Shown one piece after another: positions 54,226-64,000 of a stretch of DNA of 64,000 nt; position 1 is the stretch's first letter; each line of letters starts with the position of its first letter. Below the pieces are notes generated by a model. It saw only the letters and a program-made list of their open reading frames with translations. It was not told where the DNA came from and did no database searches. The translations under genes were made by a program, and so were the position numbers. The stretch is from Dictyoglomaceae bacterium (GTDB lineage: Bacteria; Dictyoglomota; Dictyoglomia; Dictyoglomales; Dictyoglomaceae), in assembly GCA_049718665.1 (NCBI GenBank), contig JBNARO010000004.1:7815-71814 (forward strand), written 5' to 3'.

Positions 54226-55392
54226 ATGCCTAAAATAGGAAGACCTAATATTATTAATGAGATTAATAGAGGATTAATTCTTCAGATTGTCAGGGAAGAG
54301 GGACCTATATCTCGGGCAAAAATTGCTCGAAGACTTGGGCTTTCAAGACCCACTGTTTCTGCCCATGTAAACGAGCTTATTAAAGAAGGATTGTTAGTAG
54401 AAGTAGGAAAGGGAGAAACAAAAAAAGGAAGAAAGGATATTCTTTTAAAGTATAATGCAAGACATGGTTATATATTAGCAGGGGATCTCGAAGGTTCTTT
54501 CTTTAGACTTGCCTTATCGGACTTAGCAGGAGATATTGTTTATCAAGAGAGTTTAGAAGTAAAAGAATTAAGAAAGGAAAAACTAATGGACCCATATAAT
54601 TTCCCGCAAATTCTAAAAGATTTTTTAAACAAAAAAGGGATCAATATTGAGAATTTAAAAATTTTAAGCTTTGGAATAACTGGAATTATTGAAGAAGGAA
54701 AGTTGATGTTTTGCCCAGGGCTTCCTGAATGGAACAATGCACCATTAATAAAGATCTTAGAGAAAGAATTTCCATCATCTATGGTAATATTAGAAAAGGA
54801 TGTGAATATGGCTGTTTTAGGAGAATATTGGAAGGGAGCAGGGAAAGACTATGAAAACATAGTTTATATAACCATAAGCACAGGAATTGGAGCGGGTATT
54901 ATTGTAAAAAAAGAGATATATGAAGGAAAGAATAAATTTGCAGGAGAAATTGGATATATGGTAATAGATGATCCTAATTATCCATATCCTGGTACATTAA
55001 ATACCCCATTTGGTTCCTTAGAGTGGATTTCTTCTGGTGCAGGGATATTAAAAAGAATAGAAAATTTGGGGAAAAATTATAAAAACATAGAAGAAGTCTT
55101 TGAAGATTATAATAAAGATAGAAAGGTAAAGGAAATTATTGACTCATCTGCAGAAACTCTTGCAAAAGCCATAGTAAATCTTACCACCGTCTTAGCTCCA
55201 GAAATTATTATAATTGGTGGAATTGTTGGGAAATATTTAGATATACTTCTACCTAAAATGAAGCCAATTTTTGAGCATTATCTACCCATTGATATAAATA
55301 TAGTTTCTTCTCCCTTAGGTTCCAATGCAGTGATCTGGGGAAGTATATATAAAGCTTTAAATGTATATCACTCAAGCCCTGTAATTATATAA
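54226..55392 (+). CDS. ROK-family regulator lacking the canonical zinc motif
   Basis: wHTH (SRAKIARRLGLSRPTVSAHVNELI) plus a ROK sugar-kinase fold. GEIGY replaces GEIGH, and the CxCGxxGC cysteines are absent. Confidence 0.82.
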   Translation: MPKIGRPNIINEINRGLILQIVREEGPISRAKIARRLGLSRPTVSAHVNELIKEGLLVEVGKGETKKGRKDILLKYNARHGYILAGDLEGSFFRLALSDLAGDIVYQESLEVKELRKEKLMDPYNFPQILKDFLNKKGINIENLKILSFGITGIIEEGKLMFCPGLPEWNNAPLIKILEKEFPSSMVILEKDVNMAVLGEYWKGAGKDYENIVYITISTGIGAGIIVKKEIYEGKNKFAGEIGYMVIDDPNYPYPGTLNTPFGSLEWISSGAGILKRIENLGKNYKNIEEVFEDYNKDRKVKEIIDSSAETLAKAIVNLTTVLAPEIIIIGGIVGKYLDILLPKMKPIFEHYLPIDINIVSSPLGSNAVIWGSIYKALNVYHSSPVII

Positions 55393-56260
55393 TTATCTCA
55401 AAAGTTTTTATTCCCTTTAATATATTTTCTTCCCAGTCCTTAATATTTCTTAAATACCCAAAGGGACATCTGTAAATCCTTATTCTGTTTTTATTAAGAA
55501 TTAATGGATTATGCTCATGTCCACAGATTAGATATTTTATTTTTTCATTTTCTAAAAGAATATCCCCTAAAAATTTACTTCCAAGATAAGCTGAGAAGAA
55601 ATTTCTTGTATATATCAAGTCTTCAAAAGGAAGAGTATGGATTATTGCAACAATAATATTTACTTTATCTTTAATCTCTTCTATTTGGTTTCTCAAATCT
55701 TCCTGCATAATTTTACAAACTTCTGGATTAGAAAGTCTATTCCCTTTTTCATCTTTAAAACTAACAAGTTTCCAATAAACTTCTCTCCATTTTAAATTTT
55801 TATATTTTCCCTTTTCATATTCATAAAAAGAGAATTCCTCACCCCCTAAGGAATAATCGTACCAACCTAAGCTTCCAACAAAGCCAATATTTTTTATAAT
55901 TAAAGGGAACGCGGGAAGATAATAAAAATTATAATTCTCAGAGACCTTTCTAAGGATGTTCCTATATTTTTCAAAGCTGTCCTCTCCATTTTCTATCCAT
56001 ATATCATGATTTCCAGGAACAAAGATTTTATAGAAAGATAAATTCTTAAAAACATTTAAAAATATCTCTATATCCTTTACTTTCCTTGAAATATCTCCTG
56101 CAAAGATAAAAACATCAGGATTAAAAGATAAAATTTTATTTTTCATCTTTTCTAAAAGATCTACTATACTTTCTTCTGATAAGCCATTTCTCATCTTTAT
56201 GTAATCTAAATGAAGATCTGATAGAGCAACAATTTTCATTATATTATCAAGTTTATCCAC
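55385..56260 (-). CDS. calcineurin-like metallophosphoesterase
   Basis: SDLHLD, GDIS, GNHD and GHEH motifs. The alternative start at 56239 (MKIVALSDLH) would form a TAATG overlap with the upstream stop. Confidence 0.85.
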   Translation of the reverse strand: MDKLDNIMKIVALSDLHLDYIKMRNGLSEESIVDLLEKMKNKILSFNPDVFIFAGDISRKVKDIEIFLNVFKNLSFYKIFVPGNHDIWIENGEDSFEKYRNILRKVSENYNFYYLPAFPLIIKNIGFVGSLGWYDYSLGGEEFSFYEYEKGKYKNLKWREVYWKLVSFKDEKGNRLSNPEVCKIMQEDLRNQIEEIKDKVNIIVAIIHTLPFEDLIYTRNFFSAYLGSKFLGDILLENEKIKYLICGHEHNPLILNKNRIRIYRCPFGYLRNIKDWEENILKGIKTFEIII

Positions 56261-56661
56261 TTATATATTTGTTCCACCACTGGTTTTATAAAGGAAAAGA
56301 TAATAGAATTTTGAACAATTTGGAGCTGGAAAGATGAAGGCAAAAATTTAAGAATTACTCCATATGCCATTATTAAAAAACTTCCACCAAAAACTACAGA
56401 GACAATTAAAGAAGGCAAAGCCATTAATACGTATGAAAAGATAAAAGTTAAGATAAAAGCAAAAATATTTGATGGAATATTAGGAGGAAAATGAATATAT
56501 TTCATGTAAAAGGGCAAAAGGGTAGAAGAAATTACAAAAGCAATAATAAGAGAAAGGAAAATAGCAATTTTATTAGTTAAAGCCTCTTTTAAACCTTTTA
56601 TTGCCAATCCCATTATTGTAAGAACACAGATTAAATCAAAAATCACTTCTTTTCCTCCCAT
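56239..56661 (-). CDS. small integral membrane protein (4 TM), function unknown
   Basis: 140 aa, strongly hydrophobic. Overlaps both neighbouring genes, which suggests coupled translation. Confidence 0.6.
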   Translation of the reverse strand: MGGKEVIFDLICVLTIMGLAIKGLKEALTNKIAIFLSLIIAFVISSTLLPFYMKYIHFPPNIPSNIFAFILTFIFSYVLMALPSLIVSVVFGGSFLIMAYGVILKFLPSSFQLQIVQNSIIFSFIKPVVEQIYKWINLII

Positions 56662-57662
56662 GTGATAAGAACTCTTAAAGCTTTCCCTGATAGACCTACT
56701 TCTACCGCTTTGTGAATTTCTGATAAAGAGAATTTATGGGATATTATCTTCTTTACATCTATTCTTTTATTTGCAATGAGCTCTAAGGCTCTACTATTGG
56801 TAAATGGGTTCACAAAGGATCCCGAAATTGTAATTTCTTTATAATAGATAGTAAAAGGAGAAATATTTAAAAAATCCTTTGGGGATGCTACTCCAAAAAT
56901 AAGAACTTTTCCACCCCTTCTTACACTATTTATTGCCACATTTACAGTATCTGCTCTTCCTACCGCCTCTAAAGCAACATCTACACCTACTTTTGTCAAT
57001 TTTTTAATCTCTGCTACTACATCTTCTTTTAAGGGATCAATGGTATAAGCATTAAGAGATTTTGCAATATTTCTCTTTTCTTCTACAGGTTCGGAAAGAA
57101 AAACTTTTGATGCTCCATATATATAAGCAAGTTGCAGAAGAATAAGTCCTAAGGCTCCACCTCCAATAATAAGCACAGTATCTCCAGGTTTTATTTGTAC
57201 TCTTTCTATTCCATGTAAGGCACAAGCACAAGGTTCCATCATTGCTCCTTCCTCTGGTGACACTCCTTCTGGTAATTTATAAAGTTGTCTATATGGAACC
57301 GTACAGTAATCCGCAAATCCTCCATTAAGATCCACTCCTAACGCAGTAAGATTTTCACAAAGATGAATTTCTCCTCTTCTACAAAAATAACAATGACCAC
57401 AAGCTATATTAGGATCTACAGCAACTAAATCTCCAATTTCAAACTCCTTAACTTCAGAACCTACCTCTACGATCCTTCCAGAAAACTCATGTCCTCTTAT
57501 AACATTTGGTTTTCCATAATTTTTACCTGAGAAAACATGAAGATCTGTTCCACATATTCCTGATGCCAAAACCTTGATAAGAACCTCATGAGGACCCACA
57601 AAAGGTTTTGGACATTCTTTTAATACTAATTTACCATTTTCATCTAAAATAGCACTCAACAT
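56643..57662 (-). CDS. zinc-dependent medium-chain alcohol/polyol dehydrogenase (threonine/sorbitol dehydrogenase-like)
   Basis: GICGTDLH catalytic zinc site, CGHCYFC structural zinc cysteines, and GGGALG NAD loop. Confidence 0.88.
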   Translation of the reverse strand: MLSAILDENGKLVLKECPKPFVGPHEVLIKVLASGICGTDLHVFSGKNYGKPNVIRGHEFSGRIVEVGSEVKEFEIGDLVAVDPNIACGHCYFCRRGEIHLCENLTALGVDLNGGFADYCTVPYRQLYKLPEGVSPEEGAMMEPCACALHGIERVQIKPGDTVLIIGGGALGLILLQLAYIYGASKVFLSEPVEEKRNIAKSLNAYTIDPLKEDVVAEIKKLTKVGVDVALEAVGRADTVNVAINSVRRGGKVLIFGVASPKDFLNISPFTIYYKEITISGSFVNPFTNSRALELIANKRIDVKKIISHKFSLSEIHKAVEVGLSGKALRVLITWEEKK

Positions 57663-58063
57663 AAATTTTCGCTCCTCCTTTGAAGAGAATCGGGCAAAAT
57701 CTGCATAATCTCAATCTTATTACCATCAGGATCTGTTATCCATGCCTGATAATTTCCATCTAAACCTAATTGAGGTTCTACATCAATTTTCCAACCTTTA
57801 TTTTTTATCTCCTCCACTGTTTTGAAAATATCATCAGTATGAAGACAAAGATGCATATAACTTTGTTTCTCATTTTGGGAAACTTTATCCGCTGGGAAGA
57901 GTTCTATATATTGTTCCTTAGCAATCTGGAGGTAAACAAGTAAGATTTTCCCATCTTTTTCTAAATCAAAAAGCCTTCTAAATCCTAAAATTTTCTCATA
58001 AAATTCTAAGGATTTTTCAAGATTAGAAACTGCAAAAGCAATATGTCCAAGGCTTTTTATCAT
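57656..58063 (-). CDS. VOC-family (glyoxalase I / dioxygenase-fold) protein
   Basis: 135 aa with LGHIAFAVSNLEKSLEFYEKILGF and the C-terminal ...DPDGNKIE motif. Confidence 0.82.
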   Translation of the reverse strand: MIKSLGHIAFAVSNLEKSLEFYEKILGFRRLFDLEKDGKILLVYLQIAKEQYIELFPADKVSQNEKQSYMHLCLHTDDIFKTVEEIKNKGWKIDVEPQLGLDGNYQAWITDPDGNKIEIMQILPDSLQRRSENLC

Positions 58064-58106
58064 TTTTTTCCTCCTTAAAGATTTTGTAATATTATACTAA
58101 AATTGA

Positions 58107-59348
58107 TTATGAAGAGAAACCTCTTCTTGGGTCTTTTACCATTTTCACAAGGAAGAATAGATTAAAGATCCCTATTAAAAGGGAGATAAAAAATAAACTT
58201 TCATATCCTAAGAAATCTGATATTTTCCCTGCAATGAGGGGGGAGATGAAAGAAAAAGGAGCAATTAACAGATTTAGAACTCCTATATACAATTCTTTTT
58301 TCTCCCGCGGAGAAAGATCTAAAGTGATTGCCAAATCCCCTACCATAAAAGAACTATTAATTAGCCCAATTAATGCGAATACAATATATATGAATAGGGA
58401 AGAATTTCCAAAAAGAAGTAAGAGAAGAGATAAGATACTTAAAGCTCTTCCATAAACTAATATGATTTTATGCCCCAATTTGTCTCCTAAGGGTCCTAAA
58501 AAGAAAGAAGAGATCCCCTGAGATACTAAAAGAATTGCAGTAAAATCTGCAACAACTTTATCAGGAATGGAAAATTTTTTAATAGCAAAAACTACAATGA
58601 AAGAAGCATAAGCACCTGATAAGGCACTTAAAATTCTATTTATTATATAATTTCTGAAATTTCTATCTTTTAAAACTTGATTTATTCCTTTTATATATTC
58701 TAAGAAGCTCACATCTTCTTCTATATCCTCATCAGGCTCTTCACGGGTTAGAGCTAAAAATATAAAAGAAATAATAAGAGCAATTCCCGCACAAAGAAAT
58801 GAATATCCAAAGTTTTTAGGAAAAGGATACTTAGACAAGAAATACCTTGCGAGACTTGCCCCTCCCACTCCCATTAATGCTCCAAGTCCATTTCCTACTG
58901 CAAAAAAGCTTCCTCTCCTTGCGGGATGAATAACCTTTTCTATCATACTCATCCAAGGAGGTCCTAAAAATCCCATAGAGAAAGTGGCAATCCCAAGCAT
59001 CAAAAGAGAAAGATACAGAGCAAGTTTTGGATTGTATGAAACAACAAAAAAGGAAATAAGAGCCATAAATAAATAGGGAAGCCTTTCTCCTATGGTGAAC
59101 TTTAAAACTACATCTAATTTCTTAGAAGCTTTCTCAGAGTATTTTGCTCCTAATATTGCTGGAATTCCCCATCCTAAGTTTGCAATAGCGGGGATAAGAC
59201 CAATTTCCAAATTTCCTGCTCCAAGATTTTTTGCAAATAATGGAAATAGAGTAAGAATAGACCCGAAGGTCATTCCTAAACTAAAAAATGCAAAATCAAT
59301 ACTATCTACAATAAAATTCCAGCGATAATCCCTTTCCTTTAAAGGCAT
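58107..59348 (-). CDS. MFS transporter
   Basis: 413 aa with 12 predicted TM helices. Confidence 0.8.
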   Translation of the reverse strand: MPLKERDYRWNFIVDSIDFAFFSLGMTFGSILTLFPLFAKNLGAGNLEIGLIPAIANLGWGIPAILGAKYSEKASKKLDVVLKFTIGERLPYLFMALISFFVVSYNPKLALYLSLLMLGIATFSMGFLGPPWMSMIEKVIHPARRGSFFAVGNGLGALMGVGGASLARYFLSKYPFPKNFGYSFLCAGIALIISFIFLALTREEPDEDIEEDVSFLEYIKGINQVLKDRNFRNYIINRILSALSGAYASFIVVFAIKKFSIPDKVVADFTAILLVSQGISSFFLGPLGDKLGHKIILVYGRALSILSLLLLLFGNSSLFIYIVFALIGLINSSFMVGDLAITLDLSPREKKELYIGVLNLLIAPFSFISPLIAGKISDFLGYESLFFISLLIGIFNLFFLVKMVKDPRRGFSS

Positions 59349-59369
59349 ACAGAGAATATAATATCAAGT

Positions 59370-60161
59370 TTACCTTTTTATAACAATAGAAATAAAGAAA
59401 AGAATTGTTAAAAGAAGAATTATTGTAGCTCCAGAGGGAAGATTGAAATAAAAAGAAAGAATAAGTCCTATAAATATACTCAAAAGGCTTATTAAGGAAC
59501 TAAAGAGTATTATCTCTTTTAAACTTTTTGACCATGGAAGAACAATAGATGTAGGGATAACAAGTAGAGCTGAGATTAATACAATACCTATTAATTTACT
59601 TGCTAAAACTATAGTTATAGCAGAGAGGCTTAAGATAATCCCTTCTAAAACAAAGGTATTTATTCCGGAAATTTCTGCAGAGGTTGAATCAAAAATAACA
59701 TAAATAATTTTCCAGTAATTTTTAATCTCAAAGAGAAGCAAAATTATAAGGAAGAAAAAAGTGATAATTATATCCTCGTAGCTCACCGCAAGAATGTTTC
59801 CAAATAGATAGCTAAATAAATCTATAGAATACCCCCTATGGAAACTAAGAAATATAGCCCCTAATGCCATAGCGGAAGTATAAAATATTCCAATAGGTAC
59901 ATCTCCTTTTAATCTTGCCTTTCTGCTTACATAGGGCATGATCCATACAATTACTAATGAAAATATGATAGCTGTAATCAATGGATTTATCCCAAGAAGT
60001 ATTCCCAACGCGATTCCTCCAAAAGCAGAGTGACTGATTCCAGATCCCATAAAAGTTATTCCTCTAAGGACTAAGTAAGCTCCAATTATAGAAGTAATTA
60101 TACTCAGCAGAAATCCTGATATAATAGCTCTTTGCATAAAGGAATAAGAAAGAAAATTCAT
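59370..60161 (-). CDS. metal ABC transporter permease (ZnuB/TroC/MntB family)
   Basis: 263-aa ABC-3-type permease downstream of the matching ATPase and binding protein. Confidence 0.85.
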   Translation of the reverse strand: MNFLSYSFMQRAIISGFLLSIITSIIGAYLVLRGITFMGSGISHSAFGGIALGILLGINPLITAIIFSLVIVWIMPYVSRKARLKGDVPIGIFYTSAMALGAIFLSFHRGYSIDLFSYLFGNILAVSYEDIIITFFFLIILLLFEIKNYWKIIYVIFDSTSAEISGINTFVLEGIILSLSAITIVLASKLIGIVLISALLVIPTSIVLPWSKSLKEIILFSSLISLLSIFIGLILSFYFNLPSGATIILLLTILFFISIVIKR

Positions 60162-60910
60162 TCTTTTTCTTCCCTTTCATGAGTTAAGAATAAAAAGTCT
60201 TCTCCATATATTTTTCTTAAAGCTTTATGAATTTTAATATCCCCAGGGCATCCATGCAAAAATATTTTTCTATTTAAACATGCTAATTTTTTAACCCTCC
60301 TTGATATAACTCCAATATCATGGGATATCAAAATTATAGTTAAGCCATTTTTATTTAAGTCTTCCAAAAGCTTATAGAATTTTTCTTGGGTGGGAAGATC
60401 TACTCCCACTGTAGGTTCGTCTAATAAAAGTAATTTAGGCTCTCCCACTAAAGCTTTTGCTACTAATACTCTTTGTTGCTGTCCTCCTGATAATTCTCTA
60501 AATAATTTGTCTTTATAATCTAACATATCTACTTCTTCCAAAACTCTCTCAATTATCTCTTTATCTTTTAAAGAAAGAGTTCTCCATCCATTTATAGCTC
60601 TTCTTCCAAGAGATACTACATCCCAAACCTTTATAGGAAAATATTTTTCCACTTCTATTCTTTGAGCGGTATACCCTATGTACTTTCTCTCCTCTTTTAG
60701 CTCCCATGGTGGTTTTCCAAAAACCTCAATTTTGCCTTTTTGAGGTTTAAGAATACCTAAAATAATTTTTATAAGAGTAGTCTTTCCTGCACCATTAGGA
60801 CCTACAATCCCCCAAAAATCTCTCTCTTCTACAGAAAAATTTATATCCTTAAGAACCAAGTGCCCATCATAACTAAAAGATAAGTCTTCTATATTAATGA
60901 TTTTGCTCAT
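60158..60910 (-). CDS. metal ABC transporter ATPase (ZnuC/TroB family)
   Basis: GPNGAGKTT, LSGGQQQRV and LLDEPT motifs. Confidence 0.88.
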   Translation of the reverse strand: MSKIINIEDLSFSYDGHLVLKDINFSVEERDFWGIVGPNGAGKTTLIKIILGILKPQKGKIEVFGKPPWELKEERKYIGYTAQRIEVEKYFPIKVWDVVSLGRRAINGWRTLSLKDKEIIERVLEEVDMLDYKDKLFRELSGGQQQRVLVAKALVGEPKLLLLDEPTVGVDLPTQEKFYKLLEDLNKNGLTIILISHDIGVISRRVKKLACLNRKIFLHGCPGDIKIHKALRKIYGEDFLFLTHEREEKE

Positions 60911-61727
60911 TAAAAACCATCTCCAGTATCTTTATATTTTCTCTTATCAAAGAAAAGTAATCCTTACCAAATCCTAAAGGATCTAATATTAATATTTTTA
61001 CCCCTGTTTCCTTAGAAATCATATTCAAAACTGAAGAAGTCGTAAAGGGCTCTTTAAATATATATTTAATCTTCTTTTTCTTAATGAGATTTATTATCTC
61101 AATTACCTTCTTAGGAGAAGGCTCTTTTCCTTCCCCTTCTTCAATTACTGCCAAGGTTTTAATATTATACCTTTTAAAGAAATAATACCATGCGGGATGA
61201 TAAACAATAACTTCTTTGGTCTTATATTTTGAGAGTCTTTTCTTTATTTCTTTATCCAAATCGTCTAACTTTTTTATTAAGCCTTTAAAATTTATTTCGT
61301 AATATTTTTTGTTCTTAGGATCTAGGCTTACAAGTTTTTTATATATATTCTCAGATATTTTTTTAGCAATTATAGGATTAAGCCAAATATGGGGGTTATT
61401 CTCTTCAAATTTTATATTATAAGATACATTGAGAATATCTTTTCTTTTATTCTTTAAAAGATTTTCTACCCAAAAGTCTACATCTCCTCCATTTATAATT
61501 ATTAAATCTGCTTTTTCAATTAATCTAAAAGTCTCAGGTGTTGGCTCAAAAATATGAGGATTAGTATTTGCTGGGATTATCAAAGAAAAACTCCAAAATT
61601 TTCCTCCAATATATTTAGAGAGGCTTTGCAAAGGAGGAATAGATACTAAGGCATTTTTCACACTCCCAAAGACTTCCAAAGAAAAAATTAAGACAAAAAT
61701 TAGGAGAATAAAAATAACTCTCCTCAT
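60894..61727 (-). CDS. metal ABC transporter substrate-binding protein (ZnuA/TroA family)
   Basis: Signal peptide and the NPHIWLNP motif characteristic of cluster-9 SBPs. Confidence 0.85.
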   Translation of the reverse strand: MRRVIFILLIFVLIFSLEVFGSVKNALVSIPPLQSLSKYIGGKFWSFSLIIPANTNPHIFEPTPETFRLIEKADLIIINGGDVDFWVENLLKNKRKDILNVSYNIKFEENNPHIWLNPIIAKKISENIYKKLVSLDPKNKKYYEINFKGLIKKLDDLDKEIKKRLSKYKTKEVIVYHPAWYYFFKRYNIKTLAVIEEGEGKEPSPKKVIEIINLIKKKKIKYIFKEPFTTSSVLNMISKETGVKILILDPLGFGKDYFSLIRENIKILEMVFNEQNH

Positions 61728-61844
61728 AAAGACCTCCCGATAACAAGAATTATTTTTAAATATTATACTATATAAATTTGCAAGCTAAGGATTTAAATGA
61801 TAAAATTTTAAAAAATAAAAAATTCTTTTTTGGGGGGATAAAGG

Positions 61845-63176
61845 ATGAAAAGAGGAAAAGTGCTCCTTTTAGTTTTAGGTCTTCTCCTTATTTTCCTCAC
61901 ATTAATAGATATCTCTTCAGCTCAAAGAATCACTATTACTGTAACCAATAGAAAAGGTTGGCGATGCACTGAAGGAATAAAAGCAAATCTACCTAAGTTT
62001 GAAGAAGCTACAGGAATAAAAGTCAACTGGGTTGATATTCCTCCAGGAGAATTAACAGCAAAGACCTTAGCAGAATTGGAGGCAAGGACTGGAGCTTTTG
62101 ATGTTATTATGGCAAGTGCAGAGTTTGATTTGGCAGCATATTATAAGTATTTACTTCCCTTAGATAGATATGTTGCTAAAAAATGGGGAAGTGTGAGTAA
62201 TTTCAGAAAACTTATAAGTACTGAGGCTGCAAAGGCGGGAATTTGGGAAGGAAAAACTTATTATATTCCTTTCCATGGGAATGTACAATTCCTTATCTAT
62301 AGAAAATCTCTTTTCGAAGATCCTAAGGAACGCTCCGCTTTTAAAGAAAGATTTGGATATGAACTTCCTACCCCACCTAAAACTATAAAAGAATTAATAG
62401 ATGTAGCGGTTTTCTTTACAAGACCTGAAAAAAATCTTTGGGGATTAGGGATTCCATTAGGTGGCAAATATCCTCAGCACTTCTTAGAGCATGTTATGTT
62501 AGGAGCGGGAATTGATGTGATAGATTTAAAAACTGGAAAGCCTGACTTTACTTCTGGAGTAAAATATAAAAGAGCAATTGAGATTGCAACTTTCTTGAAT
62601 GACTTACTAAACAAGTACAAAGTTATTCCACCTGCTGCTAAAACTATGGGACATGTAGAGATGAGAGAGATGTGGAAACTTGGTCAGTTGGCTATGGCAT
62701 TTTCTTGGTGGGGAGATCACTGGGATGTATTAAATTCTCCTGAATTTGTGAAAGCGGTAGGTCCTGTGGGAAGTGCACCTTTCCCTCAATGGCCGGGAGG
62801 TCCTAAGTCTCGTAGAGGAGGAAGGATGTCTATTTGGAGCTTAGGAATTGTTAATACATGTAAGAATCCTGATGCAGCCTGGAAGTTTATAGAATGGTTT
62901 ATAAGTGAGGAGAACTTACAAACAGAGGCAAAGACGTCAGGTGCTGCTTCTCATTGGATTGAAGTAGACAAAAAATCAGCAGAGAAAGGATTATTAGCAG
63001 AGGGATTAGTGGAAAGTCTTCCTTATAGTGTACCTCCAAGATTAGGATTTGTAAAACAAGGTCCTCAATTGATTACTGCTTTTATAGAAGAAGCTCAAAA
63101 TATGGTTGTTGGAACTTATACTCCTAAACAAATGGTAGATAGGCTGCTTGAAAGATTTAATGAGATTATGAAGTGA
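61845..63176 (+). CDS. ABC transporter extracellular solute-binding protein, family 1 (sugar)
   Basis: Signal peptide and a 443-aa CUT1-type SBP. Followed by a MalF-type permease gene. Confidence 0.85.
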   Translation: MKRGKVLLLVLGLLLIFLTLIDISSAQRITITVTNRKGWRCTEGIKANLPKFEEATGIKVNWVDIPPGELTAKTLAELEARTGAFDVIMASAEFDLAAYYKYLLPLDRYVAKKWGSVSNFRKLISTEAAKAGIWEGKTYYIPFHGNVQFLIYRKSLFEDPKERSAFKERFGYELPTPPKTIKELIDVAVFFTRPEKNLWGLGIPLGGKYPQHFLEHVMLGAGIDVIDLKTGKPDFTSGVKYKRAIEIATFLNDLLNKYKVIPPAAKTMGHVEMREMWKLGQLAMAFSWWGDHWDVLNSPEFVKAVGPVGSAPFPQWPGGPKSRRGGRMSIWSLGIVNTCKNPDAAWKFIEWFISEENLQTEAKTSGAASHWIEVDKKSAEKGLLAEGLVESLPYSVPPRLGFVKQGPQLITAFIEEAQNMVVGTYTPKQMVDRLLERFNEIMK

Positions 63177-63201
63177 AGATAATAACATAAGGAGGGTAGC
63201 C

Positions 63202-64000
63202 AGTGAAAATATTTCGTTGGCAATATAATCTCTTTATTCTTCCCGCTCTTTTAGTTATGGTTATATTTTTTATGTACCCTGTACTTTTAACTTTCTATTT
63301 TAGCTTTCTTGATTATTCCATTGTAAGACATACTAATGAGTTTATTGGTCTTGGAAATTATATAAAAATTTTCAAGAGTAATATTTTTATTCAAACTGCC
63401 TATAATACTTTTATATGGGTTATAATATCCACTCTTGTTCCTTTGTTTTTAGCAATACTGGCTGCCCTCCTTACCTATGAAAATTTCTTAGGATATAAAG
63501 TTTTTAGAAGCCTTTTCAGTCTACCTATGATTTTTATCCCATCTTCTACTGCTATTCTCTGGGCTTTAATGTATAGTGAACCTTTTGGGTTAATTAATCA
63601 TATAATGGAATTTTTACATTTACCAAGAGAAATTTGGCTTGCTAACCCTAAAACTGTTCTTCCTGCAGTATCTATTGCAAATGCATGGTATGGGACTCCT
63701 ATGTCTTATTTAATGATACTAGCAGGATTGGAAAGTTTGGATACAGAGCCGTTAGAAGCATCAGAGGTAGATGGAGCTTCCTATTGGCAAAAAGTAAGGT
63801 ATATCATTTTGCCTATGGTCTCCCCTGTAATATTATTAGTAGCACTTTTAAGACTTATTGATGTTATTAGAAGTTTTTCTCTTATATGGATAATGACTCA
63901 AGGAGGACCTGGAACTTCTTCTACTACTCTTCCTGTTGCTACTTTTAAGGTTTCTTTCTTACAATATGATTATGGTATGGGATCTGCATGGGGAGTTATT
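63202..64000 (+). CDS. sugar ABC transporter permease (MalF/UgpA-like); 3' end off-window
   Basis: GTG start 7 nt after GGAGGG. Open to the window end with EAA loop EPLEASEVDGASYWQKVRYIILP. Absent from the ORF track because there is no stop in the window. Confidence 0.85.

Noticed and set aside
1-64000. CRISPR arrays, tRNA or rRNA genes, and large tandem or interspersed repeats.
   Set aside because: Scanning the intergenic regions showed no regularly spaced direct repeats and no tRNA- or rRNA-like GC-rich blocks. The only recurring elements are short terminator hairpins.

Overview
AT-rich sequence (about one-third G+C by eye) encoding Lys/Glu/Ile-rich proteins. This is typical of a thermophilic, sugar-degrading anaerobe; gene content resembles Dictyoglomus or Thermotogae, but the organism cannot be verified here. 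The window holds about 70 tightly packed genes, mostly metabolic. They include a TtuA/TtuB/E1-like tRNA thiolation trio, three CUT1-type sugar ABC loci that lack their own ATPase, and one stand-alone MalK/MsmX-like ATPase. There is a gluconate/hexuronate cluster (SDR, gnd, FGGY kinase, 2-hydroxyacid dehydrogenase, UxaE-like epimerase) and KtrAB. A methanogen-type homocysteine gene set (COG1900, NIL-ferredoxin, COG2122) sits behind a structured leader. Also present are murJ, three tandem M42 peptidases, nikR-nikMNQO next to larE-larB-larC with no larA, and a flavodiiron protein. Sugar genes continue with a GH13 amylase, a ROK/Opp-type ABC/kinase/GH4 locus, and a Znu/Tro-type metal ABC transporter. 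No rRNA, tRNA, CRISPR array, transposase or integrase was seen. Two regions stand out. (1) At 17.6-19.5 kb, a ~1.3 kb segment of clearly foreign high G+C carries an intact ADP-ribosylglycohydrolase gene and a decayed recU-like gene. It sits exactly where the interior of a MacA/MacB-type efflux operon has been lost. (2) At 25.2-29.7 kb, an overlapping XRE-ImmA/IrrE pair is translationally coupled to a 1233-aa secreted TPR/transglutaminase-like protein, with no phage or ICE context. Smaller items are a MalK-like gene whose conserved N-terminus has no in-frame start codon, an unlisted 59-codon membrane ORF, a promoter-leader-terminator unit before the amylase gene, and a probable leaderless XRE mRNA. 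All assignments come from reading motifs by eye; no searches were run.
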